Shown here piece by piece: positions 18,934 to 28,664 of a stretch of 64,000 nucleotides of DNA. Location of the stretch: positions 3,520,001 through 3,584,000 of the forward strand of contig OY821641.1 of the NCBI GenBank assembly GCA_963555995.3, read 5' to 3'. Each line of letters starts with the position of its first letter. The stretch's first letter is position 1. Source of the DNA: Vicinamibacteria bacterium (GTDB lineage: Bacteria; Acidobacteriota; Vicinamibacteria; Marinacidobacterales; Marinacidobacteraceae). Position numbers and translations under genes: made by a program. Under the pieces are notes generated by a model. It ran no database searches, was not told the DNA's origin, and saw only the letters and a list, made by a program, of their open reading frames with translations.

Positions 18934-20556
18934 GTGATCTACGAAGCACTGCTGGCGGCCGGCCTGCTGATCGTCGTCGCCAAGCTGCTCGAAGGCGTGC
19001 TCCGGCGTTTCCGTCTGAACGCAATCGTCGCCTACACGGCGGCAGGCATTCTGCTCGGCCCGGTCACCGGCATCGTGGACCCGGCCGGCGAAGTCCACGT
19101 GCTGCTGGGAATCGGCATCTTCCTGTTCTTCTTCCTGATCGGGCTGGACGAACTCGACATCGCCGGCTTCCTCACGGCGATCCGCAGCCGGTGCTCCGTC
19201 GCCGCGGTGGTATCCGTGGTGGTTTCCCTGCTGGCGGCCCTGGTGGTCACCTTCAACATCGGCTTCGACTTCGGCCTGGGCCTCGGGTTCGCCGGTTCGC
19301 TCGCGGTCGCCGGCATCCTGTCCCTCACCAGCCTGGGCGTCGTCGCCAAGGTGCTGATGGACGAGGGGAAGCTGCGGACGCCCATCGGCGTCGAGATGTT
19401 CACCATGGCGCTCATCGCCGAACTGCTGGTGTTGCTGGTGGTGGGATTCTCGGTGGGCGAACACGCGGCCCACCCCACGCCTGCCGGCATCCTCCGGCTG
19501 GCGGGCCAGATCGCCGGCTTCGTGGTGGTGACCTGGCTGCTCACCAGCCGGGTCATTCCGCCGCTGATCGGGCTGTTCCGACGGCTGCTCCGGGTTCCCC
19601 AGCTCTCCTTCGGTGTCATCCTGGGCATCCTGTTCCTGGTGGTGGTGGGCGCCGAGGAGATCGGCCTCCACGGTTCGCTCGGCGCGCTGTTGTTCGGGGC
19701 GGCGCTTTCCCGACTGCCCCATCAGATCCGGCGCGAACTCGTCCCCGGGATGCGCAGCGCCGCCGACGGGCTCTTCGTCCCGCTCTTCTTCAGTTCGGCG
19801 GGGCTCTATCTGAGCATGTCGTTCGTGGCGCTCGATCCATGGACGATCGCCGCCCTGGTCGCCGTCCCCGCGGCGGGAAAGTTCGCCGGCGCCGCGCTCG
19901 GGGCCGCGGTCGCCCGCCTCGAGCGGCCCGTGGTGGCCGCGACCGGACTGATGGCCAAGGGGGTCGCCGAGATCGCGCTCCTGCTCGTCCTGCGCGAGAC
20001 CGGCCTGATCGGGAACGACGTGTTCTCGCTGCTCGTCCTCATCATGCTCGGCTACATCCTGCTCATGCCGCTGGTCATCGGGCGCGCCGTGCAGAGCGCC
20101 GAAACGGCCGAACCCCCGGCGGCGGCCGCCGCGCTGCCGCCGTCCCTCCTCCGCTTCGCCCTCGACAACGTGACCGTGGGGGACGTCATTGATCCGGCGC
20201 GCTCCCATCCCGGCCCGTCGGTGCCGGTGCGCGCGTTCGTGGAGGACTGGGTCGTCCCGCAACAGCCGGACTACGTGGTCGCGAAGGACGGCGAGCTGTC
20301 CGGAATCGTGTCCCTCGGGATGCTCCGCTACCTGCCGAAACAGTCGTGGGCCGAGACACCGCTCGGCAACGTCACCCGGGTCAACACGCCGAACACCTGG
20401 TCCGACGAACCCGTGGAGGACGCCCTGCAGCAGATGACGGAGGCGTCGCTGACCGTGCTCCCGGTGCTGGACCGCGAGACGAAGCGATTCCTGGGCGCGA
20501 TCACCAGCCAGGAGATCGTCGAGCTCATCACCTCGGAGGCGCGCGGCGGGGAATAG
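18934..20556 (+). CDS. Cation:proton antiporter (CPA2/Kef-like) with C-terminal CBS pair
   Basis: About 12 hydrophobic segments, GILLGP, LSLTSLGVVAKVL, FVPLFFSSAG, then CBS repeats (GIVSLG, LPVLD...GAIT). Confidence 0.88.
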   Translation: MIYEALLAAGLLIVVAKLLEGVLRRFRLNAIVAYTAAGILLGPVTGIVDPAGEVHVLLGIGIFLFFFLIGLDELDIAGFLTAIRSRCSVAAVVSVVVSLLAALVVTFNIGFDFGLGLGFAGSLAVAGILSLTSLGVVAKVLMDEGKLRTPIGVEMFTMALIAELLVLLVVGFSVGEHAAHPTPAGILRLAGQIAGFVVVTWLLTSRVIPPLIGLFRRLLRVPQLSFGVILGILFLVVVGAEEIGLHGSLGALLFGAALSRLPHQIRRELVPGMRSAADGLFVPLFFSSAGLYLSMSFVALDPWTIAALVAVPAAGKFAGAALGAAVARLERPVVAATGLMAKGVAEIALLLVLRETGLIGNDVFSLLVLIMLGYILLMPLVIGRAVQSAETAEPPAAAAALPPSLLRFALDNVTVGDVIDPARSHPGPSVPVRAFVEDWVVPQQPDYVVAKDGELSGIVSLGMLRYLPKQSWAETPLGNVTRVNTPNTWSDEPVEDALQQMTEASLTVLPVLDRETKRFLGAITSQEIVELITSEARGGE

Positions 20557-20574
20557 CGGCCGCGTCCGGCCAGG

Positions 20575-21588
20575 TCAGCCGCGCTGGTAGAGGGAGCTGT
20601 AGCCGTTGATGGCGGGGACCCCGCCGAGGTGCGCGTAGAGGATTCGTGAACCGGCGGGGAAGTACCCCTTCCGGACGAGATCCAGGAGTCCCTGCATGGA
20701 CTTCCCCTCGTACACCGGGTCCGTCATCATCCCTTCGAGCCGGGCCACGAGGCGGATGGCCTCGTTCGTCTCGTCCGACGGCACCCCGTAGGCGGGATGG
20801 GCATACCCGTCCAACAGCACGAGGTCCTCGTCGGTGAGGTCGCGCCCCAGTTCCACGAGGTCCGCCGTGTTCCGGGCGATGTCCATCACCTGGGCGCGGG
20901 TCTGGTCGTAGGTCGCCGAGGCGTCGATGCCGACGACGCGCGCGGCGCGGCCGTCCTTCGCGAAGCCGACGAGCATCCCCGCGTGGGTGGAACCCGTCAC
21001 GGTGCAGACGACCACGTAGTCGAACCGGAACCCGAGTTCCGCTTCCTGCGCGCGCACCTCCTCGGCGAAGCCGACGAAACCGAGCCCGCCGTACTTGTGG
21101 ACCGAAGCCCCGGCCGGAATCGGATACGGCTTTCCTCCCTTCGCCTTCACGTCCTCGATGGCCCGCTCCCAGCTCTCGCGGATGCCGATGTCGAATCCTT
21201 CGTCCACGATTTCGATGTCCGCGCCCAGCAGCCGGCTCAGCAGGATGTTGCCGACCCGGTCGTAGACGGGGTCCTCGGACGGCGCCCAGTGCTCCTGCAC
21301 CAGCCGGCATTTCATCCCGAGCCTCGCGGCGGTCGCCGCGACCAGGCGGGTGTGGTTCGACTGGATCCCGCCGATGGTGACCAGCGTGTCGGCCCCGGAG
21401 GCGATGGCGTCCGGCACGATGTATTCGAGCTTCCGCAGCTTGTTGCCGCCGAAGGCGAGGCCCGAGTTGCAGTCCTCGCGCTTGGCGTAGATCTCCACCG
21501 CGCCGCCGAGGTGGGCGGACAGGCGGTCCAGCCTTTCGATGGGCGTCGGGCCGAAAGTGAGCGGATAGCGCTCGAACGTGTCCAGCAC
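20575..21588 (-). CDS. acdS: 1-aminocyclopropane-1-carboxylate deaminase
   Basis: [37 protein letters not shown] and AHLGG (the Glu and Leu diagnostic for AcdS). Confidence 0.93.
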   Translation of the reverse strand: MLDTFERYPLTFGPTPIERLDRLSAHLGGAVEIYAKREDCNSGLAFGGNKLRKLEYIVPDAIASGADTLVTIGGIQSNHTRLVAATAARLGMKCRLVQEHWAPSEDPVYDRVGNILLSRLLGADIEIVDEGFDIGIRESWERAIEDVKAKGGKPYPIPAGASVHKYGGLGFVGFAEEVRAQEAELGFRFDYVVVCTVTGSTHAGMLVGFAKDGRAARVVGIDASATYDQTRAQVMDIARNTADLVELGRDLTDEDLVLLDGYAHPAYGVPSDETNEAIRLVARLEGMMTDPVYEGKSMQGLLDLVRKGYFPAGSRILYAHLGGVPAINGYSSLYQRG

Positions 21589-21653
21589 GGCGTTCCTCCT
21601 TCGCGCGGGGCGAGCGCCCGGCTTCCGGCGCCGGCGCTACCCTATTCGATGGC

Positions 21654-22151
21654 ATGACGGAAGAAAGACGGGTGGAAACGGCGGCGAACGAGGACCACAT
21701 GCGGCGGGCCATCGCGATGTCGCGGCGGGCGATCCGGACCAACCGGGGGTTCCCCTTCGGCGCGGTGGTGGTGAAGGACGGCGAGGTCGTCGCCGAGGCC
21801 CACAACACGGTGCTTGCGGAGAACGACCCGACGGCGCACGCGGAGATCAACGCGATCCGCGCGGCCTCCGCGAAGCTCGGCACGTTCCTGCTCGAAGGCT
21901 GCGAGATCTACGCCTCGGGGGAGCCGTGCCCGATGTGCCTCGCCGCGATCTACTGGTCGCGTCTCGACCGGATCTACTACGCGAACCGGAAACGGGACGC
22001 CCACCGCATCGGGTTCAGCGACGATTCCTTCTACCAGGAACTCGCGCTGCCCCCGGACCGGCGCCGCGTCCCCATGAGCCGCCTCCTCGGCGACGAGGCG
22101 GTCACCGTCTTCGACGAATGGAACGAGCGCCCGGACAGGGTCACCTACTGA
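21654..22151 (+). CDS. Nucleoside/guanine deaminase (cytidine deaminase fold, GuaD-like)
   Basis: PFGAVVV, DPTAHAEINAIR, EPCPMCLAAIYW, GFSDD. Confidence 0.9.
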   Translation: MTEERRVETAANEDHMRRAIAMSRRAIRTNRGFPFGAVVVKDGEVVAEAHNTVLAENDPTAHAEINAIRAASAKLGTFLLEGCEIYASGEPCPMCLAAIYWSRLDRIYYANRKRDAHRIGFSDDSFYQELALPPDRRRVPMSRLLGDEAVTVFDEWNERPDRVTY

Positions 22152-22155
22152 GCTC

Positions 22156-22442
22156 GGAGCGCCGGCCTCCGGCCGGCATCGCGGCCCGCGAGGGCCGCGA
22201 CCACAAAGTGCAGTCTGGGCGAAAGGTCAACCAGCCAAGCTGCGCCGCCGGCTGGGAGCGCCGGTCTTCAGACCGGCACGCGCTGCGCGACAGCGCAGCG
22301 CACGGCACCACGCTGGCCGGCGCAGTGGCGCTCTGCCCCCCGGTTCATTACCGGACACGACGTCCGCGGGCCTTCGGCCCGCTGTGCCGCTCTGAAGAGC
22401 GGCGCTCCCAGCCGTCTTCGCTGTTTTCGTGACCGGCGGGGT
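22156..22442. repeat. REP hairpins and a REPIN-like inverted pair, homologous to the 11.1-kb block
   Basis: Hairpins at 22156-22178, 22254-22279 and 22384-22409 (inverted). Shares CACGCG..CGCGACAGCGCAGCGCACGG and CGTCCGCGGGCCTTCGGCCCGC with 11151-11312. Confidence 0.88.
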
Positions 22443-22530
22443 GAGCAGGAGGACCGATCGTGACCGTTTCGCGCTCCCGCGCGATGCCAGCCGGAGGCTG
22501 GCGCTCCGACGCGGACCGGCTCGCTCGCGC

Positions 22531-23652
22531 TCAACCCACTGCCGTTGCAAACGCGGCCGGCAGCGCCACTTCCAGGATCTCGAGATCATCGGACGGCGCG
22601 TGCATGCCGACCGTGACGTGAGGCGGCAGCGCGAAGGCGTCACCCGCAGCGAGATCGTGGCGGGGATGTCCGTCCACCTCGAGAGACATCGCCCCCTCCC
22701 GCACGAACCCGAACAGGATGTCGCCGTCGTGCCGGGCGACCGGAACGGCAACCCCCGGAATTCGCCGCGCCACCTGAGCTCCCGCGATGCCGTTCGTGGC
22801 CTCGCCGATCCCCGTGTTCCGCGCCTCGAATCCCGGGAGCCGCCACGGCCCCCAGACCGCGTCCGCCTCCCGGTGGAGGACGAACGTCGTGCCCTGGAAC
22901 TCCCGGTCGGGCCGGAAGTGCGGCGTCGGCAGCTCCATCTCGTGGTCCATCGTGGTGAGGTGTTCGGCGGGCACACCGATCTCGATCACCTCGAATCCCG
23001 CCGAGGACTCGAGGACCCGGTGGCGGATCCCGGGCGGCTGGATCACGCAGTCGCCGGCGCCGAGCGTGAACGGAGGCCCCTGGTCCTCGTACACGAGACG
23101 CACCCAGCCGCGGTGGCAGAAGATGAGCTGGAACCGGACCGCGTGGTAATGGACCATGTCGTCCACGGGACCCGCCTCGGCGATCCTGATGTGCGAAGCG
23201 ATGATGGCGCCGCCCAGCCGGTTCGGGAGGAGGTCCCGGTAGTGCATGCCGGCGCGGCCGACGACCCACGCATCGCTGTCCGCGAGCCGCCGCACCACGA
23301 ACTCGTGGGCCGTCTCCGGGATGACGAGCGGCGGGTCCGCGGCCTCCACCGCGATCCGGTGGCCGCCGGGGGTGGTCAGTTCGGTCTCGCCTTCGGCGAA
23401 CGCGTCCGGGTCGGCGACGTGGAGCCGGAGCGCTACCGGAGCGGGGCGGGCGCTCCGCTCGAGGAGGATTGCCGTCCCGCGTCCCGAGAGCGCCGCGAAG
23501 GCGGGCGCGTCGGCGGGCCAGATCCGGTCGAGGCGGAACCCGAGCGCATCCAGGAAGAACCGCAGGTCGGCGTCGAAGTCGGGCGTGGGGACCCGGACCT
23601 CGGCGCGGCGGACCAGGTCCGGCCGGGTCACGGGGGAGGCATCGTCCGGCAT
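22531..23652 (-). CDS. Cupin-domain protein with N-terminal VOC-like domain
   Basis: FFLDALGFRL, GRAGMHYRDL, VHYHAVRFQLIFCHRGW, QPPGIRHRVLE. Confidence 0.8.
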   Translation of the reverse strand: MPDDASPVTRPDLVRRAEVRVPTPDFDADLRFFLDALGFRLDRIWPADAPAFAALSGRGTAILLERSARPAPVALRLHVADPDAFAEGETELTTPGGHRIAVEAADPPLVIPETAHEFVVRRLADSDAWVVGRAGMHYRDLLPNRLGGAIIASHIRIAEAGPVDDMVHYHAVRFQLIFCHRGWVRLVYEDQGPPFTLGAGDCVIQPPGIRHRVLESSAGFEVIEIGVPAEHLTTMDHEMELPTPHFRPDREFQGTTFVLHREADAVWGPWRLPGFEARNTGIGEATNGIAGAQVARRIPGVAVPVARHDGDILFGFVREGAMSLEVDGHPRHDLAAGDAFALPPHVTVGMHAPSDDLEILEVALPAAFATAVG

Positions 23653-23753
23653 CGGTCTCGGGCGGCAGAGGCTATCGCGGTGTCACCGGAAGCCCTGAAC
23701 GCGCGCGTACGTGCGCTACCGTTCGGCGCCCGCGGACCGGGAGAGCCAAATAC

Positions 23754-24440
23754 ATGACGACCGAGCCCATTACCGTCGCCCTTTTCGACTTTCTACGGGA
23801 CCTCCGGGACAACAACGATCGCGAGTGGTTCGCGGCCAACAAGGGCCGCTACGTGGCCGACGTGCGCGACCCGATGCTTGGCTTCATCGCCCATTTCGCC
23901 GCTCCGCTTGCCGAGATCAGCCCCCACTTCGTGGCGGACGCCCGCGCAAACGGGGGATCGCTCTTCCGCATCTATCGGGACACCCGCTTCTCGCGGGACA
24001 AGACGCCCTACAAGACGAACGTCGGCGCCCATTTCCGGCACGCTGCCGGAAAGGACGCGCACGCCCCGGGCTTCTACCTCCATCTCGAACCCGGGATGTG
24101 CTTTGCCGCGTGCGGCGTCTGGCGGCCGGACAACCCGACGGTGACGAAGATTCGCGAAGCGATCCATGAAGGGCAGGACGGCTGGACGCGGATCACGAGG
24201 GCTCGGGCGTTTACCGAGACCTTCGAACTCGAGGGTGAGTCGCTGAAGCGGCCGCCGCGGGGCTACGACGCCGATCACCCCTTGATCGAGGATCTGAAGC
24301 GCAAGGACTTCGTGGCGGTTACCAGCTTCTCCGAGGAAGAGGCGCTGCGGGACGACCTGCTCGAGTGGTTCGCCGGGATCGCGCGGCAGGGTGCGCCGCT
24401 CGTGGAGTTCCTGTCGAACGCGGTGGGCGTGGAGTTCTGA
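23754..24440 (+). CDS. DUF2461 family protein
   Basis: FLRDLRDNNDREWF, FRIYRDTRFSRDKTPYK, LKRPPRGY. Confidence 0.9.
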   Translation: MTTEPITVALFDFLRDLRDNNDREWFAANKGRYVADVRDPMLGFIAHFAAPLAEISPHFVADARANGGSLFRIYRDTRFSRDKTPYKTNVGAHFRHAAGKDAHAPGFYLHLEPGMCFAACGVWRPDNPTVTKIREAIHEGQDGWTRITRARAFTETFELEGESLKRPPRGYDADHPLIEDLKRKDFVAVTSFSEEEALRDDLLEWFAGIARQGAPLVEFLSNAVGVEF

Positions 24441-24527
24441 ATGCGGTTGCCCCCGCCTAACCTTGCCCAAGTGCTACCCGAACGACGGGAGGAGCATTCG
24501 CGACGCTAGTCAGTTGAGGAGGCGAAG

Positions 24528-24962
24528 ATGCGACGAATTCGATTCCGGGTGGACTGTGTGCCGCCAAAGAAAGACGGGTCCAACTCCATGTGGGGCAAAC
24601 CGACTCAAGCGCAGAGACTGATAGCGCTCAGGAAGGCGGCGGTCGAGGCGCGCGGATCCCAACCGTGCTTTATTTCAGGGATTCGGCTCACTCTTAGTGT
24701 TCATGTCGGTCCGCAGCCTGGTGACGACAAGAACCGGGGCGACCTTGACAACTTCATTGCTGGCGTGTGTGACGGTCTCATGGCAGCGCAAAACGATCCG
24801 AAGATTGACTCATCCTTCAATGAGTTCCGGGGTTCCGACGTACATCCAACCAGTACGGTTGTGATCCAAAACGATTCCGAGGTCGTGAAGATCGATGCGG
24901 AGAAACTCCACGTTGACGGAGAATCGTGGTACGAGGTAGAGCTTGAAGGGGAAACGGGGTGA
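24528..24962 (+). CDS. RusA-like endonuclease-fold protein
   Basis: VPPKK, RGDLDNFIAGVCDGL, IQNDSEVVKIDAEK. GAGGAGG RBS. Lower GC than flanks. Confidence 0.6.
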   Translation: MRRIRFRVDCVPPKKDGSNSMWGKPTQAQRLIALRKAAVEARGSQPCFISGIRLTLSVHVGPQPGDDKNRGDLDNFIAGVCDGLMAAQNDPKIDSSFNEFRGSDVHPTSTVVIQNDSEVVKIDAEKLHVDGESWYEVELEGETG

Positions 24963-24968
24963 CCCCGG

Positions 24969-25021
24969 CTACCGCAGGTTCAGCTGCCAGAATACGCCAA
25001 AGCGGCCCACCATCCACGCGA
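24969..25021 (-). pseudogene. Degenerate copy of the 3' end of the VOC gene at 25973-26368
   Basis: 45/53 nt identical to 25973-26025. Translates AWMVGRFGVFWQLNLR* versus AWVVDRFGVSWQLNLP*. Confidence 0.75.
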
Positions 25022-25189
25022 CCACCCGGGTGTAGAGCCCCGTGGCTGGTTGGGCCTCCGAGAACGGAAGGGGCGCCTGCAGATCCACCCTGACGCTCCA
25101 CGCCGGGCGCGACCCTCGGCCCGAATCCGAGCCGAAGTCCGAACCCCGCTTTCGCCCGTCTATTCGTTAGAGCGTGGCGAGGTCGAATG

Positions 25190-25219
25190 TTGACATGCAA
25201 GCACACACTTGCATATAAT
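25190..25219 (+). promoter_or_regulatory. Sigma70-type promoter overlapped by a palindromic operator (probable ArsR site)
   Basis: TTGACA (25190) -18 nt- TATAAT (25214). Inverted repeat ATGCAAG-N6-CTTGCAT at 25195-25214. Confidence 0.8.
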
Positions 25220-25262
25220 GACCTCCAGTCATGCAAGGGAACACCCGTCTTAGACTGGCCTT

Positions 25263-25553
25263 GTGGACGTGTACCGCGCGATCGCCGACCCAACCAGGCG
25301 AGCCATTCTGGATGAGCTCGTCGACCGGTCCGGTCAGTCGCTGTTCGAACTCTGCTCGCGTCTGATCATGAAGCACGGCATCCATTCCTCGCGCCAGGCG
25401 ATCACCCAACACCTGGACGTCCTGGAGGCCGCCGGGCTGATTCGCACGCGGCGCGAGGGGCGGTGGAAGCTCCATTGGTTCGAGGGCGGCCCGCTGAAGG
25501 CCATCGGGGAGCGTTGGCCGATTTCAACAGATGAGAGGGATTCGGAAAAATGA
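25263..25553 (+). CDS. ArsR/SmtB family transcriptional regulator
   Basis: YRAIADPTRRAILDEL, SRQAITQHLDVLEAAGLI..RREGR. Confidence 0.92.
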   Translation: MDVYRAIADPTRRAILDELVDRSGQSLFELCSRLIMKHGIHSSRQAITQHLDVLEAAGLIRTRREGRWKLHWFEGGPLKAIGERWPISTDERDSEK

Positions 25554-25945
25554 GGATTCACGCTACCAGCGTCATGGTGGACGATCAGGAAAAGGCGCTT
25601 CGCTTCTACACCGAAACGCTTGGCTTCCAGTTGAAGCACAACATCCCCTTGGGAAGTCACTCCTGGATCACCGTTGTATCGGAGGAAGCTCCAGAGGGGA
25701 CGGAGTTGGTGCTCGAGCCTGATGAGCATCCCGCGGCCCGTCCGTTCAAGGAGGCGCTCGTGAAGGACGGAATCCCGTACACCTCCTTCGCGGTGGACGA
25801 CGTCGAAGCCGAACACGAACGCCTCACCGCCAGGGGTGTGCGATTCGTTCAGCCGCCGACAGACCTCGGGCCCGTCATTACTGCGGTGTTCGACGATACG
25901 TGCGGCAACCTGATCCAGATCCAGGAGGAGAAACCTCAGCCGTAA
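25550..25945 (+). CDS. VOC/glyoxalase family protein
   Basis: VDDQEKALRFYTETLGF, FAVDDVEAE, FDDTCGNLIQI. ATGA coupling to ArsR. Confidence 0.92.
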   Translation: MRIHATSVMVDDQEKALRFYTETLGFQLKHNIPLGSHSWITVVSEEAPEGTELVLEPDEHPAARPFKEALVKDGIPYTSFAVDDVEAEHERLTARGVRFVQPPTDLGPVITAVFDDTCGNLIQIQEEKPQP

Positions 25946-25972
25946 CGATCTTGAGTCGTTGCACCGAGCGGG

Positions 25973-26368
25973 TTACGGCAGGTTCAACTGCCAGGACACG
26001 CCGAAGCGGTCCACCACCCACGCGAAGCGGCGGCTGAAGCCGTAGTTGTCGAGCGGCATCAGGTACTCGCCGCCTTCGGCGAGGGCCGTGCTGAGTTCCG
26101 CGACCTCCTCTTCGCTCTGGCAGGTGACGAAGAGGGAGATGGAAGGCGTGAACGTGAAGTCGTGCGAGATGTAGCTGTCGCTCACCATCACCGGCTGACC
26201 GCGGAGGGAGAAGGACGCGATGAAGATGGAGCCTTCCGGGCCGGGACCGTCCGGGCCGTGGCGCTGGACGTTCAGGATCTCGCTGTCCGGGATGGTCTCG
26301 ACGTAGAAGTTCATGGCCTCCTCGGCCTGGCCCTCGAACATGAGGAAGGGGGTGACGGTGGATTGCAT
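25973..26368 (-). CDS. VOC family protein (PhnB-like)
   Basis: TPFLMFEGQAEEAMNFY, FTFTPSISL, WVVDRFGVSWQL. Confidence 0.92.
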   Translation of the reverse strand: MQSTVTPFLMFEGQAEEAMNFYVETIPDSEILNVQRHGPDGPGPEGSIFIASFSLRGQPVMVSDSYISHDFTFTPSISLFVTCQSEEEVAELSTALAEGGEYLMPLDNYGFSRRFAWVVDRFGVSWQLNLP

Positions 26369-26429
26369 GGCGCCTCCGGGGTGGGGGTTGTGGACTGAGC
26401 CGGATCGGGACGCGGGGTAGCCCGCTCGG

Positions 26430-26756
26430 TCATTCGAAAAGGTCGGTGTGCGTGCCCGCCCGGGCGAAATGGACGGAACCGGTCGGCCCGTCCGTGTCCT
26501 CGATGCGATAGATCAGCAGAAAGTCGCCGCCGATGTGGCACTCCCGATATCGCGCCCACGAGCCCTTGAGTGGATGATCCCGGCGCTCGGGTCCGAGCGG
26601 ACCGTCGCCGGCAATCAGAAGCAGCATGACCGCCTTCAGTCGGGTCATGTCGAAGCGGCCGGACCGCGAAAGGCGCTCCCAGTCCTTGAGGAACTGCCGC
26701 GCGTAGTCGGCCCGGCGCGGCGGCGTGGTCCGTTTACGCGCTGTCCTTTTCTTCAA
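26430..26756 (-). CDS. yafQ: YafQ-family type II toxin (mRNA interferase)
   Basis: RDHPLKGSW..YRECHIGGDFLLIY, RAGTHTDLF. Confidence 0.9.
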   Translation of the reverse strand: MKKRTARKRTTPPRRADYARQFLKDWERLSRSGRFDMTRLKAVMLLLIAGDGPLGPERRDHPLKGSWARYRECHIGGDFLLIYRIEDTDGPTGSVHFARAGTHTDLFE

Positions 26757-27015
26757 GCTCCTGAAACAGGTCGTCCGCGTTCGCGAATCGCGCTTGGTGC
26801 GTTCTCACCATCGCGTCGACCTCGTCCATGGCCGCGCGGGTGACGGCGTTCGGCACCTTGAGTTCGAGCGGAAAGGCCTGATCGGTGGCGATGCGGTGGA
26901 ACAGCAGCCGCACGGCTTCCGCTACGCTCAGTCCCATCGCGGCGAGCGCTTCCGTCGCCTTCCGCTTCATCTCGGCGTCCATGCGTACATGGACCATGGT
27001 GCTCGGCGTTTTCAT
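26734..27015 (-). CDS. dinJ: RelB/DinJ-family antitoxin
   Basis: MVHVRMDAEMK..A...LAAMGLSVAEAVRL, FPLELKVPNAVT, DDLFQEL. Overlaps the toxin start. Confidence 0.9.
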   Translation of the reverse strand: MKTPSTMVHVRMDAEMKRKATEALAAMGLSVAEAVRLLFHRIATDQAFPLELKVPNAVTRAAMDEVDAMVRTHQARFANADDLFQELEEKDSA

Positions 27016-27027
27016 CGGAAGGCCATT

Positions 27028-27043
27028 GTATCTCAATTGATAC
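27028..27043. promoter_or_regulatory. Probable DinJ operator palindrome
   Basis: GTATC-TCAATT-GATAC directly upstream of the antitoxin. Confidence 0.55.
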
Positions 27044-27057
27044 TGATTGTCGGTCGG

Positions 27058-27155
27058 AGGCGGGCGTTCCGAGCCGTGGGCGCCATGAGGGGGATTGGGG
27101 TTGCGTCGTGCGCGGCGCGGAGCGCCGCTGTGCCGGTCTGAAGACCGGCGGTCCC
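27058..27155 (-). repeat. REP-like hairpin plus conserved tail
   Basis: GTGCCGGTCTGAAGACCGGCGGTCCC at 27130-27155, immediately after the CoA-ligase stop. Confidence 0.75.
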
Positions 27156-27157
27156 CA

Positions 27158-28648
27158 CTATCCCCTCAGGTACGCGTTGCGGAGGAGGGGTTTTTGGACC
27201 TTGCCGGAGGGGGTGCGGGGGATGGTGGCTACGAAGACGATCTCGCGGGGGCGCTTGTAGCGGGCGAGGCGGTCGGTGCAGTGGGTGATGAGTGCTTCTG
27301 CCGAGATTTCCGCCGCGCGGACGACGTGGGCCACCGGGGCTTCGCCCCAGCGGTCGTCGGGGACGCCGAAGACGGTGCAGTCTTCGACGGCGGGGTGGCT
27401 CGTCAGGGCGGTCTCGACCTCGGAGGGGTGGATGTTGAAGCCGCCCGAGATGATGATCTCGCGGGACCGTCCCACCAGGGTGACGTAGCCGTCTTCGTTC
27501 GCCCTCCCGAGATCGCCGGTCCAGCCCCAGCCGTCGCGGAAGTAGCGGGCCGTCTCCTCCTCGTCGCCGAAGTAGCCCTCCATCAGGTAGCGGCCGCGGG
27601 TGACCAGTTCGCCGACCGTTCCTGGCGGGACCGGATTCCCGTCCGCGTCCACGATCCGGAGTTCCACTCCTTCGGCCGGCCGGCCGACGGTGCCGGCGTG
27701 TTCCTCCGTGTCCTGGGGCTTGAGGATCGTGAGCGGCCCGGTCTCGGACTGGCCGTAGTGGTCGGTGTAGCCGCAGTGCGGAAGCGCCTTTCGGCATTCC
27801 TCGATCAGGCCGGGCGGGGTCGGGGCGCCCCCGACGCCGATGTTCTTCAGTGAGGTCAGCCGTCTCCGGTCGAAGGCCGGGGAGCGGAGCAGGTCGCGCA
27901 CCTGGACCGGAACCAGGAACACCGAGGAGATCCCGTGGCGCTCGGTTGCGGCGATGAACTCCGCCGGGTCCCACTTGCGGAAGATGACCGACGTGCAGCC
28001 GCGGAGGATCGCGGCCTGGTACCAGATCATCAGGCCCACGGCGTGGAACATCGGGACCACCACCCCGACGACGTCCTCCTCCGTGATCCGGTGTTCGCGG
28101 GCGGTGCTGTCCGCCGAGACGTAGCGCGCGGTGTGGCTGACCACCGCTCCCTTCGGCCGGCCGGTGGTGCCGCCGGTGAAGGTCATGGCGACCGGCGCCG
28201 AGGGGGCGACTGCCCGGTCCGGCGGGCGGTCGGACACCGCGGCGAGCGCGTCTTCGAAATCCGGACTGCCGGCGACCATCACCGTCGGAACCGCGTTCCG
28301 GACCTCGGCGCCGATCTTGTCCTGAACCGCTGCGTCCACCAGCAGAAGCCGCGGGCGGGTGCGCTCGACGATCTCCGCGATCTCCGCCGCCGCGTAGAGG
28401 GGCGGGATGTGGACGAGCACGCTGCCGGCCCGGGCGTTCCCGAAATGGACGACCGCGTACTCGGGACTGTTGAACAGCAGGGTCGCGATCCGGTCTCCGG
28501 GGCCTACCCCGCGCGCGATCAGGAAGTTGGCGAAGCGGTTGGCCAGCCGGTCGTACTCCCGATAGTCGAGCCGCCGACCGTCCGTGATGATCGCCGTCTT
28601 CTCCGGGGCCCGCCGGGCGGCGAGCCGGAGGATCTCACCCAGCTCCAA
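27158..28648 (-). CDS. Class I adenylate-forming enzyme (acyl-CoA ligase)
   Basis: FTGGTTGRPKG, YGQSETG, WTGDLG, SGGFNIHPSEVE, PRTPSGKVQK. Confidence 0.93.
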   Translation of the reverse strand: MELGEILRLAARRAPEKTAIITDGRRLDYREYDRLANRFANFLIARGVGPGDRIATLLFNSPEYAVVHFGNARAGSVLVHIPPLYAAAEIAEIVERTRPRLLLVDAAVQDKIGAEVRNAVPTVMVAGSPDFEDALAAVSDRPPDRAVAPSAPVAMTFTGGTTGRPKGAVVSHTARYVSADSTAREHRITEEDVVGVVVPMFHAVGLMIWYQAAILRGCTSVIFRKWDPAEFIAATERHGISSVFLVPVQVRDLLRSPAFDRRRLTSLKNIGVGGAPTPPGLIEECRKALPHCGYTDHYGQSETGPLTILKPQDTEEHAGTVGRPAEGVELRIVDADGNPVPPGTVGELVTRGRYLMEGYFGDEEETARYFRDGWGWTGDLGRANEDGYVTLVGRSREIIISGGFNIHPSEVETALTSHPAVEDCTVFGVPDDRWGEAPVAHVVRAAEISAEALITHCTDRLARYKRPREIVFVATIPRTPSGKVQKPLLRNAYLRG

Positions 28649-28664
28649 CGGACTCGCCCCGGGT

